Below are positions 12,406-24,518 of a DNA stretch of 34,684 bases, in pieces. The stretch comes from Xylographa opegraphella. Lineage: Eukaryota. The stretch is from positions 1-34,684 of the forward strand of contig JALDZX010000109.1 in assembly GCA_022813865.1 (NCBI GenBank), given 5' to 3'. The notes below the pieces were generated by a model. That model searched no databases. It was not told the origin of the DNA and worked only from the letters and a program-made list of their open reading frames with translations. A program made the translations under genes and the position numbers. How positions within the stretch are numbered: the stretch's first letter is position 1; each line of letters opens with the position of its first letter.

Positions 12406-13771
12406 CTCGAACGTTAATAAAGATTTGAATTTCAAATTTAAATTTTGATAAATAAAAAATTATTTTGAAGTTATTTCGTTATTTTACAGTATTGATAAAA
12501 ATCAATAAAAAAGTATACCAAAAAATACGCAGGCTACGAATAATTTAAATTAAAATTTTGTACCAAATATTTAAAAATTTTAATGAATAAATAAATTAGT
12601 TATAGTTTTTTATAGTTTTTTTTAAATCTTTTAAAATTTAAATAATAACGTTAAAATACGGAAACTCGATGCGTTATTTTTAATAACCTATTATTATTAA
12701 AAAAAGGTGTTCGTCGATAGTGGAACGCTTAAAAATTCAAAAAGTTATAAATAATAATTAACGAGAAAATACGAATTTAAGCTTAAATATATTATTTATA
12801 ATTAAAAAACTCGAGAATATAATTATAAATAATAATTTCAATCGATTAAAACGCGATATTAACGAGTATATTCCTAACATTATATTAAATTTTAAAAGTT
12901 AACGAATTTTTTTTATAAATAGTATATTCGCGATTTTTTTCGTTATTATCACTTTCTTTTTTTTGTATTAATTAAAACTTACGTAGAAAACTTATAAATT
13001 CGATAATTTTAACCTCAAAATTATACTTTAAAATGTTTAAAAAATTAAAAAAAAATTGGCGAAAACTTTAAAATTTTTTATAATTCCTAAAGTCGACGTA
13101 TTTTTTAACGATAATATTTTTATAAATATCGTAGTTTTACTCTAAAAGTTAAATACGCTTAAACGATATATATAAAAGTAATTATTATTATTTAAATTAA
13201 TAAAAAAGGCTATTTTGATAATAATAAAAAAAATAGCCGTTAATTTTAATTCGCGATAAAATGATTATGATGATTTCTATTATTAATTAATTATACTAAT
13301 TTAATTTTATTAATTTAATTCGAATTATTTTATTTATTATTAAACTTCGTAAAAAATATTTTGACATAACTTAATTAATAACTTTTTCGATAAAACTTTA
13401 ATGTTGTATGAGCTATAATACTATTTAAACAACCGGAATTTATTCAAAATATTCTGGAATATTCCGGAATATTACGAATATAAGTAATGTAACCGTTGCA
13501 AAACCGTTGTAAAATCGTAACAAAACGATAACAAAACGATAACAAAACGATTATAATATTAATAAAATATTAATGATTTTATTAATTTCTTTTATTTTTA
13601 TTCGATTTTTTCGATTTTTTTGAATTCTAAATTTTTTAGAAATAATATAATACATAATTACGTATTATGAAATATTTTATAAATATGAAAATATAAGTTG
13701 CGAATTATAAATTAAATAGTTTTCAAAGAAAATCAATAATTATTTGAATATTAATATTTGATATTTTTAAA

Positions 13772-14252
13772 GTATCGTTAAAAAATTACAAATCCCTTTT
13801 TCAGGGAATTTTATTAATTTATTAATATATTATTTGTAATAACTTGATCGTAAAATGTTTCATTTATATATATAAATTAAATATCGATTAAAAATTTCGC
13901 GAGGGTAAATAATTTAAAAAAATATTCAATTAATTTAAAAAAATATTCAATTAATTTAAAATCAATAGTAAAACGAGTGTACAGAAAGCGTTTAAAGGGC
14001 GTACAAAGACGAGGGTACAACGATATTAATTTTGTTTTAATTATAAATCGCAGGCCTTTGTAATCAACGGCTTTCGTTATACAATTAATTTTTCGAGGGC
14101 GAAATAGGGGTAAAATTTCTAAAAAACGAGGGCGATACTTTTAAACAATGGGTTTGAAACCCTTAGATTCGGGTTTATAATTATTATATAACCACTGTAC
14201 ACCCGTTGCACACCCACACGGTTCAAAAAGTACGAGGTTCGATCAAATAATA
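13772..14252 (-). repeat. ~480 bp transposon terminal region, copy 1 (inverted relative to 26975-27471)
   Basis: Reverse complement aligns with 26975-27471, e.g. TTTTCGAGGGCGAAATAGGGGTAAAATTT vs AAATTTTACCCTTATTTCGCCCTCGAAAA. Both stop at GGTTCGATCAAA(C/T)A(G/A)TA. Confidence 0.85.
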
Positions 14253-16096
14253 ACTTTTATTTAAAAAATTTAATCAATATTGAATTTATATTTAACGATA
14301 AATTGATATCGACTAAAAAAATTTAAATAAATATTACTTTCAATATCGAGTATACTAAAATTTAAAAATATAAATATTACTTTTACGTCGATTCGAAACT
14401 ACTACTTTAAAAAGGAAATAAAATAAATGTAAATTACGCGGTCGTACAAAGGTATTTGTAAAATACGTTAATAAAATTAATTAATAACAACGTTTATAAA
14501 TGTTAAATTTTTAACGCGTTATTAAAAATTACGTAAAAAAATTCGAGGAAAATATATTTAAAGAATCGATGGTTTTTTTATTAAATTTTTGAAATAAATT
14601 ACGAATATTTTATTTATTAAAATTTATATAAAAAACCCTCGTATATTATTTATAAATAATATAAATATCGTATTAATCGAAAAAAATTTTAAAATTTTAT
14701 AGATTTTTTTTTAAAATTCGTAAAAAGTTTAAATAATCGCTTACGTTTAAAACCCTTTTATTTATTTATAATTTTTTTATTAATAATGAATTTTTTGTAT
14801 ATATAACGATTCCCAAGCGAAACGACTCGACCGATAGAAATATTTGAAAAATATTATTCTTTATCGAAATTCTTTTTATTTCATTATTTAAAAAGGAATT
14901 CAGCTTGAAAATCAATTTTAATAAAAATTTATTGTTGTAAATTTGTTTCGTTTTCATTTAAATAAAGTTTATTTTTAAAAAATTATTTTTTAATCTTAGA
15001 AGGAAATTCGACGAAACAGATTTTTTAAATTAAAATTTAACTATAATAAAAATAATTTAAAATAATTTAAAGAATTCATTATCTAAAATTAAAAGAACTA
15101 ATAATATAATATAATCAACTGTTTTAGCGAAAAACGATAAAAAAAATAACAAATTGATTGCAAAATTAAATATTACTTTATTTTGTTAACTTATCAAAAA
15201 GCGATTAACGACTCGAAATAAAAGAAATTTTAAGCAAAAATCGCAAACACAAAAATTGTCATATTCGTATTCAGTAAAATTTAAAAAAAAAATTTATCCA
15301 AAGGCGTTAATATTATTATAAATAGATAAATATTTAAATCGAAATTTTATATCAATAAATTGTTAAACAAATTTAGTGCCCGTATCGTAATAAAAGAATT
15401 CTCCCAGGAATATAGCGTAAATTACGAAACCATTTTCGTTTTAATAATAAAATACGACATATTTCGTTTTTTGGTATAAATCGTAATAAAAAATTTAAAT
15501 ATAATTAAATAAATGTTAAAAACGCCTTTATTAAATTCTTTTTGAAACAATTATACATGGTTTTTATCAAGGATTAAAAATAAATCAAAATATTATTTAA
15601 AAATATTATAAAAGTTTTACGATCTTAAATAAACAGCTTGTGATCAATATAAATATTATAATGAAAATTTCGAACGAATTGATTTCAAGTAATAAATACA
15701 ACGCTGACTTTTATTTATTAATTTATTTTGAAAAAAATAATTTATTTTTATAAATAAACGATACCAAAATCGCTGTATCGCATTGAATTAAAATTTATTA
15801 ATTCATAGAAAAAATTTATGAAAAGATTTAAGGGAAATTAAAAAAATCCTTAATATTCAAGTTACGCGCGATAAAAGAAATGATTTAATTCGTTTAAATT
15901 AAATTTATTATTTAAAATTCTTTTTTTAAAATTATATATAAAAATCGAGAACTATAAAATGATAGAAAAATTGAATAATTAATTACGACTCGCTTTAATT
16001 AATTAATTTTAAAATTAAGAGAATTAATTAACGCGAATATTAATACGCAATTAAAAATTTAATATTATAATTATAATTTGTAAAGTTTTGATTTAT

Positions 16097-16235
16097 CTGC
16101 CTGCCTATTTGCCTGCTTGTTTATTTACCTGCCTGTTTATTTGCCTGCCTGCCTATTTGCCTGCTTGCTTGTTTGCCTGCCTGCCTATTTGCCTGCCTGC
16201 CTATTTGCCTGCCTGCCTATTTGCCTGCCTGCCTG
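16097..16235. repeat. (TGCC)-rich microsatellite inside the family-B LTR
   Basis: CTGCCTGCCTATTTGC units, expanded relative to the sister LTR at ~19640-19670. Confidence 0.9.
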
Positions 16236-16388
16236 ATTTCAGGGTTTTTACTTTATTTCGCTGATTAATAAAGAACTTCCTGCCTAATTAGAAAATTATA
16301 TATATATATATAAACAAAGTTTTCGGTTTTATAGATTATTAATCTTTTATTTTATATTATATTTATTCTGTTTTTAAACGTAGTTGTA

Positions 16389-16576
16389 TGTTACGATCCT
16401 GCCTCTCACTAGTATAGTTCGATTAAGGATCTGGGTTGGATTCGTCAATGNNNNNNNNNNNNNNNNNNNNNNNNNNNNNNNNNNNNNNNNNNNNNNNNNN
16501 NNNNNNNNNNNNNNCTTCCCGTTGCCGCTAGTCCCAACTGGTGGTAGCTTACCTGGTCAAGGTGAGAACCTTAACA
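16389..16576 (-). mobile_element. Young un-RIPped family-A LTR element collapsed into an assembly gap (Ns 16451-16514)
   Basis: TG...CA ends with perfect TSD TTGTA (16384-16388, 16577-16581). 16389-16450 is the reverse complement of the LTR-A 3' end with CpA intact. Right end reads TGTTAAGGTTCTCACC on minus vs TGATAAGGTTCTGACC at 28106. Confidence 0.88.
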
Positions 16577-16729
16577 TTGTAACATATAAAAATATTATTT
16601 AACCACTAGAATTTTAAAATATTTATTAAAAATACGTTTACTGGCATAATCGTCTTAGGTTAATTTAAGTTTCGCCGCCAAATTAATTATATTAAAATAC
16701 GATTTTATAAAAATTTAGCCTTTTTAATA

Positions 16730-17140
16730 AGGTTATTTCGATTATATTCAATCGAATTTCTTATTGAATATTTATATTTTGAATAGTTTATTCTTCATTA
16801 TAGTATTAACTTTATCGTACCAATTTTATCGTATTAACTTCGATAAGAAATCGTTTAAGAACTCGATATTAAAATAATTTAATTAAAATCTTTTAAAACC
16901 CTATTATTAATTTTTGAAATCGATTTTTTTATAAAGTTCGTTAATTTATTTTCGTATTTTTGTAGCTTCGTTTTTATAATTTTATTGATTTGGTACAATT
17001 TAAATTCTTTATCGAGTATTTATAGTTTTAATAGTTTTATTTTTAATTATAGTGTTAATTTTATCGTATTAATTTTATCGTATTCATTTTATCGTATTCA
17101 TTTTATCGTATTCATTTTATCGTATTAACTTTGATAAAAA
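16730..17140. repeat. Degenerate duplication (~250 bp offset) containing a 14-bp repeat (TATTCATTTTATCG)
   Basis: ~16730-16850 resembles ~16980-17140, with more 14-bp units in the second copy. Confidence 0.65.
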
Positions 17141-19609
17141 TTAATCATTTCGAGTCAAATATTTCGTGAATTTTTTAATTAAATATCCTCGAATTTTTTT
17201 ATTATTCCAGTTAGCTGCACAGATTCTAACTTATTTTATTTACTTTTTCTAAATTAACTGTTTTAAATCCTGGTTTATTTCATTTAATTGCCTTGGTTTT
17301 TTTGTTTCTGCGACATTCGCCAGATTTCTTGGTATAAAGATCGAGAATTAATTCATTATTTTAATTTTATTCGTATTTTTTATTATTCTTTTATATTGTT
17401 ACCAAATATTTTTATTTTACGAAAACGCATCCATTAGAAACTTTTTGATAATTTTAATTGTTTGTTTTTTTATTAAATTATAACCACTGAATTATTATTA
17501 TTTGGAATATTTTTAACTTTAAAAATAAAATAAAGGATTATAAACGACATTCGCGTTGGTTGTAATAGCCGTAATTTTTATAGTTTTAAAAGTTTTACTT
17601 TTATCGCTATATTTATTAATATTTAATAGCTTTTATACCGTAAATATTATTTGTTTTTTTCGAAAATTCAACTGTTAAAGCATATTTAAACTCGCCCTTG
17701 ATGTAATAAAATTAATATATTTATAATGATTACGTTTAACTTATTTCGTTTTCAATTTTTTGCGCAGAATTCACCGAAAATTTTTGTTTTCAATATTTTA
17801 AACTTGAGTAAAATGGCAAATTATAATTGGTTTTCGTCTGTTTTAAAGTTATCGCCATTAAATAATAATAAATATAAATAAACGCTAAAATTAAAAATAA
17901 AACTCGAAGAAAATTTCATAAATTTATTGAATTATTAAATAGCTAGTAATTAAAAATTTAGTAAATTTTTCGAAAATAAAAATCTCAGCGATCCGGTTTC
18001 AAGCAATAATGACTACGATAATATCTATAACAATAATTATAACGATAATAATAATTATAAACATAATTATCATCTGAAAGGTTACAGCTCGAAACAATTA
18101 TAAAAGTTTTATATTCTAAATTTTAAAATATTTATATTATTGATCAATATCGCCTATTTTTTATATTTTAATCGATTGTTATTTTTTATTTTTATTTATT
18201 ATAGTATTAATTTGCTTACCCCGCGCGATTTACTATTATCATATATTTTACGAAATCTTTAAAAAATTGATTTCGTATTGTATACTACCTTTACTTCTTG
18301 CTTTAAATTTCAGAGAATATTTAGTCAGAAAGTTTATATCTAAGATTTAACAAGATAATTTGAAGATAACTCGTTAAAACTATTATTGATTTAATTAATA
18401 TTATTTTTTATTTGATTTTTACTTTAATTATTACTGTATTTTTTATTAATTTAATCGAAAGTATTATAATTATTTATTTTTTATTTTTTATTTATAAATA
18501 ACTCTTCCTGCGTTATTTAAATGATATTTAGTCGAAAACTCTATAAAATTAATTAATTTTAATAATATTGAATAATATATGATTTTCGCCTCTTTCGTTT
18601 GCGGTACCTTCACGAGCAAAAAATCTTCAAAACTCAAGATAAAACTTAAGATTAAATTAAAGAATTTGAATTAAAAAATATATTAAATCGTAATAAAATA
18701 AACTCGAGTATTAATTAAAAATAAACGCTAATTTAAAGATAAAAATCTTTAAAATTTATACACGATCGATAAATCATAATTTACAAATATTTTCTTATCT
18801 CATTTTTTAAATCGATTAAATTTATTATTATAAAATATTATAATTTAAAAAACGTAATAATTAAAACATCTTTAAATAAACCGTCAAAGTCGTTATTAAA
18901 TTTATTCTTAATACGTTTATTTTGTCAGTTTTCGCGCGACTGTCCGCAGAATAAATTATAAAAAAATTATATATAAACTTTTTTTACAAATCTGAAGGTT
19001 TATTTTATAATAATAATAAAAATAAATTTAATTGCCGATTAATTTATAAAAATTTTACAAATTTACGAAATATATAATTATACGCTTAATAATTTTTTCG
19101 ATTTACAAATCATTAAAAAGAATATATAATTTCTTAATAAATTCTTTACGTACGAAACTCGTACCTTAATCGCCGAAAGTTTTATTATTAAATATTAAAT
19201 TTTAAAAATTAAGGTTATATACGTATATAAAAAAGACTGCTAAATTTAATTTTAACTTCGATGTATATAAAAATTTTATTTAATAAAAGAAATTTAGAAT
19301 AGCTATAAATTTCTTAATTTATAATTATTAATAAACGGAACACAATTTATTGTTAATATTTACGTAAAGATTTTAAAAATATTCAATAAAAAATTATTAT
19401 TCTGATTAAATACGTTCGGATTATTTACGAATGTTTTATTTTTTTTATGGCTAAGGGCGGCTTTTAAGCGTTTTTCAAAAAATAACTATTAAAATAAAAA
19501 AAGCAGGAGTTAAAAATACGATAAATATATAATAAATAAAAAATTTAAAAACTTTACGAGTATGTTAAAACTTTCGAGGCGAAAGTTTCTTTATTTTAAT
19601 ATTAATATT

Positions 19610-19824
19610 TATTATAATTTTAATTTGCAAGGCTTTAATCTGCCTGTCTGTCTGTTGATTTATTTATCTGGCTACAGAGCTTTTGTTTTATTTCGTTATT
19701 TAATAAAGGGTTTCCTGCCTAATGAGGAAACTTTATATATATATAAATAAAGATTTCGAGTTTATAGATCATTAATCTTTTACTTTATATTATATTTAGC
19801 CTGCTTTTAGCCGTAATTGTGATA
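19610..19824. repeat. Family-B LTR
   Basis: Direct repeat of 16063-16388 plus 16582-16584; ends TGTGATA (RIPped TGTGACA). Confidence 0.85.
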
Positions 19825-20704
19825 TTTAATATACGTAATTATATATATACGCGGCTTAATATCGTTTTCATCTTAAAATAAATTAATACTTTGATAATTC
19901 TATAGAATATTACGATTGCGTATTAAAAACTTAATTTTATTACGTTCGATTGAGAATTAAACTTAAAATAATCTCTAAAAATAATAAAAATCTTAATTTT
20001 ATTTACTACTTCGATTATGATTATATAATAAATAAACAAAATTAAAAATTAATTTTTAATTATATATATATATTTAGCAAAGGCCAAGTTATCTAAATAA
20101 ATTGAAAATAAAAATCGATATTTATTTTAATTATTAAAAGTAAGCATATAATTTTATCGATCTGCGCGAAAAAATAACTTTAAATTATATAATTATTTAA
20201 AAACCTCGATTGTAGTAAATATTTAAATATCGATTAAAATAATATTAATATTCTACAAAATAATAAATTCAAAAAAACTTATCAATGCAGTTAAAAAATC
20301 AGGTATTATTAACGTTAGTTAAAATATTTATATTTACGAAAAATCGAAAAATATTAATATTATTTATTATTTTATTAGGGATTTTTATTATAAAAAACCA
20401 GATTCAGATTGGTTTCAAATGTATACAAAATATAATCACAGACGAATTGATTAAATTATTATTTAATTTTAATCTTAAAAGATTCATTATTTAATGAAAT
20501 TTTAAAAGTAGTAAAAACTAGCGATTTAATAAATATTAAATAAAAATATTAAAAATAACGTTGTTTAATAAAATATTCTTTATATTATTTCAAAATAATA
20601 TAAACGTTGATTTTTTAAACTAGCGTAGTCGTATATAAAAAAGCATTTTTCCTTATAAAAAAGTTTTCTTTTACGCATTTTGAGAGATAATTCAATAAAG
20701 CATT

Positions 20705-20853
20705 GATTTCATCATTTTGATTTCATCATTTTGATTTCATCATTTTGATTTCATCATTTTGATTTCATCATTTTGATTTCATCATTTTGATTTCATCATT
20801 TTGATTTCATCATTTTGATTTCATCATTTTGATTTCATCATTTTGATTCCATC
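20705..20853. repeat. 14-bp tandem repeat (GATTTCATCATTTT)n, ~10 units
   Basis: Near-perfect units directly visible. Confidence 0.95.
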
Positions 20854-20949
20854 AATTCATTTCTATTAAATATCACGAAATAGAAATTTTAACGCGTAAA
20901 TATAAAATTTAACAAAATTAACGAAATATTAATTTAATCGTTTAAAAAT

Positions 20950-23900
20950 AAATACGATATTCGACCGTGTATAAATTATTGTATATATAAAAATTTTAAT
21001 CGCATATTAATATTCGCGTTAATTGATTTTTCATTCTTAAATTTTAATACTCATAGCGAATGGTAGTCGTTTATTAAAATTTTTATTGATTTATATTTAT
21101 TAATTTTATATATAATCCCGTTCATACTTTTCTAAAGTAATAAATTTGATTCAAGCGTATTATACGATTTTTTTAATTACTCGTAATTGCAATATTGAGT
21201 ATTTTCTTTTTTTTAAACTTTTATTTTAAAATGTTTCGCGAATTCGATCTTAAATTATTTAATTTTATATAATTAAAAAACAGCGGTATTAATACTATTT
21301 ATATAAAAAAGTAATATCATTCGCTTTTCTTTATAAATTAATAAACAAAAATTAATAACGTATATTTTAATTTTAATTTTCGCGAAATTAACGATGTAGC
21401 GCTTGTATTCGTTCTGAGCAAATTGTTTAAAATCGTATAAATATTGAAAAAAAAACTACGATTTTAACTTTATTTAATAAAGCTATATAAGTTTCCTTTT
21501 TGGAAAAATAACTTTTTAATAAAAACGTTATTAACGGTAATTTAATACTATTTTAAATCTTTAAAACCGAAGAAACCGAAAAGTAAGCGTAAACTGTTAT
21601 TTTTTATTATCAAACCCAAAATATTCTAATAATTGATTTATATTTCTACGAAAATCGTTTTGAAATTAAAACGTATTTTTGATTTATTGAAAAAGTGGTT
21701 AATATAAAACTTCAACTTAAAAATCTATTTCTTCATAATAATATTAGCTTTTTTTATTAATATAATATTTTGAAATATGATTGAATATTAGCGCAATAAA
21801 TTCAGCGTCAATAACTTTTTAATAACTTTTTAAAAAATAATTTTTTACTACTTTTTTAGAAATTAAAAAAATTAAAATATTGATAAACTTTGTTTTATCA
21901 TGATTTTTGTTAATCAGAAACGCGGCCATTATAGCTCGTAAACGTTTTAAATTATGTTTTTTCGCGAAAGTTTATTTAACTTCGTTTTCGCTTTCAAATA
22001 ATAATATACAAAAGAAATTCGTAGCCTTTAGTTAATCGGCGATTACTTTTATTAAATTAATTAAAATACGACCGATTATAATACTATTAATTAAATCTTT
22101 AATACTTTACTTTTAAAAATAACGATATAAAAAACTTTCAATCGTTATTAATTTAAAAACGAAAGGCTAAGTTTTTAACGTTTTGATTTTAAAAATAATA
22201 ATATAAAAGATTTAATTGCTATTAACTTAAAAGCGATTAATATAATAGGAATTAATAAATTAAATTCGTAGTCTAAATTGTTAAGAAATATTATAAATAT
22301 GTTTTTTTATTATTTAATAAACTTTTAAGTATTATATTCGAGAATTTCAATTCATAAATGAAAATAAAACTTTTTTTAATAAACGTTAAAAATAAAACCC
22401 TTTTTAACGAGCGTTAAGATAAAGTTGTTCATAAATTTAACAATATATTTAACAATTTTCTTTTTAAGTAATTTTCCAATCAAATTTTTAATAAATAAAA
22501 CATTTATTATTTACATAATACGTACTTCAAGGTCAACAATTCCTTTAACTGTATTTTTATAAAATTTAATAACGTAGTTTTAAATTACCCGACCTGGATC
22601 AATATTTATAATAAATACTATTTAATAATTATATTTACGTAATTTATAAAAACCTGGATTTATTCTTATTTTATAAAATTATCGCGTTTTTCTTCTTAAG
22701 AAATTGATTGAAAATCGACGTAAAAATAGTATTTATGATTTTATATTCGTAAATGATCGATAGATAATTCAATTTTTATTTAAACTTTATCGAGCGATAT
22801 CAATTTATTATAAATTATAAATTTAATAACCGTATAATTTTTTGAAAATAAACGTTCGTTTAAATCATTTTTATTTAAACTTCGATAAATAAATTTATAT
22901 TTTTAATTATCGCGAGAATTAAATTCTTGGCAGTTTCATTTATTTGTTTAACGATAATATTATAAATAAATATATTAAAAACAGTATTTTACAAAATAAT
23001 ATTAAACGTAAAGTATTATTCGTTAAAAATTATTTTCAACTTTAGGGCGTTATTATTAATTATTATTTAAAATTCAAAATTTATTTATAATTTTACGACA
23101 GTTCTCTATTTTATTAACTTTAATATTACATTGAATTTCTACTTCAATAAAATAATTTAAATAATTTTAAAATATTTATCCACAATTGAAAGAAGTTATT
23201 GTAAAACACCAACAGGGTTGCGTAAATAATAATTAATATTAATATAAATACGTTAAATTTTCGTTCGTTTATTATATAATTTCGCTAAGTTTTAAATCTA
23301 ATAAAAATATAAATTTCATAAAAATTATTATAATTTACAGCGACGGCAATAGATTTATTAAAAATAATTCATTTATATAAATTACGTAATTTAACGAATT
23401 TCAATTAAGCGAAACCGCGATATCAAAAAACATATTTATTACGAGTATATAAAATTATATTACTCGAAGGTAATATAATTTTAACTTGCCCATTTCAAAA
23501 ACGGCTTCAATAATTATTTGAATAATAACCTTGGCTAAAGAACGCGATTTTATAGTCAATATAATTAAAAATAAACAGAATAAATTTATTGAAAATCTGT
23601 TTAATTTTCGTAATTATATAAATTCTCTTAATTTAAATCGCTATAATTATTTTCCTATTAACTTTATTACGTATACAAAGTTTAATTTAATCGAAAGCCT
23701 TTTTGTAGTCCTTTCTTGTATATTTTTTATCGAATAAAAAATTAACTTTAAAATTAAAAATATAAAAGATAAAAAAAATATCGAGTTCCCTTTTTAATTT
23801 TTTATTATAATTATATCGTAATAATCGATATATAATTTCCTTTTTTCGACCTTAATAATACGCTTTTTAATTGGAATAAAAACTTTATTCAAGAGTCGAA

Positions 23901-24518
23901 ATTAATTAATTATATAAAAAAATATCAAAATTTACTATTTAAACGAATTTAAATAAATCTTAACGACGTTTTTTAATGAAATAATTATTTTTTAGACCCG
24001 TTTTTTAATTCGAATTCGAAATCGAAAACTAATTTTGTTTCATTATTAAAATTATTAATGTTATACGCGTAATAACCTTCTTGACGGCCTGTGAAATGTT
24101 GGATTTTGAGCTCGAGATGCAAAACGTATTTGATCTATCAAGCTGAAATTAAAGAGTGAAGTTCAGAACCGCAGGTTCTGATTATATACATATTGGGCTT
24201 CCTAAATGGGAAGCCACGCTCAAAATACAGGCAGGCAGGTAGGTAGGCAAACAAGCAAACTGGCAGATCGAACGCCACTTTGAATATTATATTTAACACG
24301 GCCGTTAAAACGGTTTTCTTTTTTATATAATTTATTTTATAATAAAAACGATTCAAAATATTCTCGTTTAATTTAGCCAGCTCGATTTATTTAATTATTA
24401 AAATAATAAATTTTAATAAACATTCGAATTTCGAAAAAATATCATATTTATTAATTTAATAGCGATCCTTGTAAAAAAAAACATTTAAACGCTGACCGAC
24501 GTAAATTTTAATTATTAT
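20950..24518 (-). mobile_element. Heavily RIPped Ty3/gypsy pol relic, minus strand
   Basis: Degenerate RT-like (~23350-23700), RNase H-like (~22850-23240), integrase C-terminal-like (~21400-21540) and possible chromodomain-like (~21130-21250) remnants in gypsy order. Motifs are badly eroded. Confidence 0.55.
24090..24298. repeat. Solo LTR (209 bp, family C) with perfect TSD
   Basis: TGTGAAATG...ATTTAACA flanked by CGGCC at 24085-24089 and 24299-24303. Lightly RIPped; carries GCCT-type repeats as in family B. Confidence 0.9.

Larger units (their letters stand above)
16063..19824. mobile_element. Short LTR element (family B) with two LTRs and a 5-bp TSD; no pol recognised in the ~3 kb interior
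   Basis: LTRs at 16063-16584 (interrupted) and 19610-19824 are direct repeats. TTTAA at 16058-16062 and 19825-19829. Removing the element restores the copia RT frame (N-L-I-Y = S-L-M-Y). Confidence 0.82.
14253..20520 (+). mobile_element. Second Ty1/copia pol relic, RIPped, split by the insertion at 16063-19824
   Basis: RGRTKVFVKYV ~14436-14470 (post-integrase), R*IFKSK and ARIVIKEFSQEYSVNYE ~15320-15430 (=ARLVARGFSQ..GVDY), NVKNAF ~15512. RT resumes after the insertion as IYVIIYTRLNIVF ~19829-19868 (=MYAM..TRPDIAF). RNase H ~20005-20170 and ITDELIK ~20435 (=ADGLTK). Confidence 0.88.
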
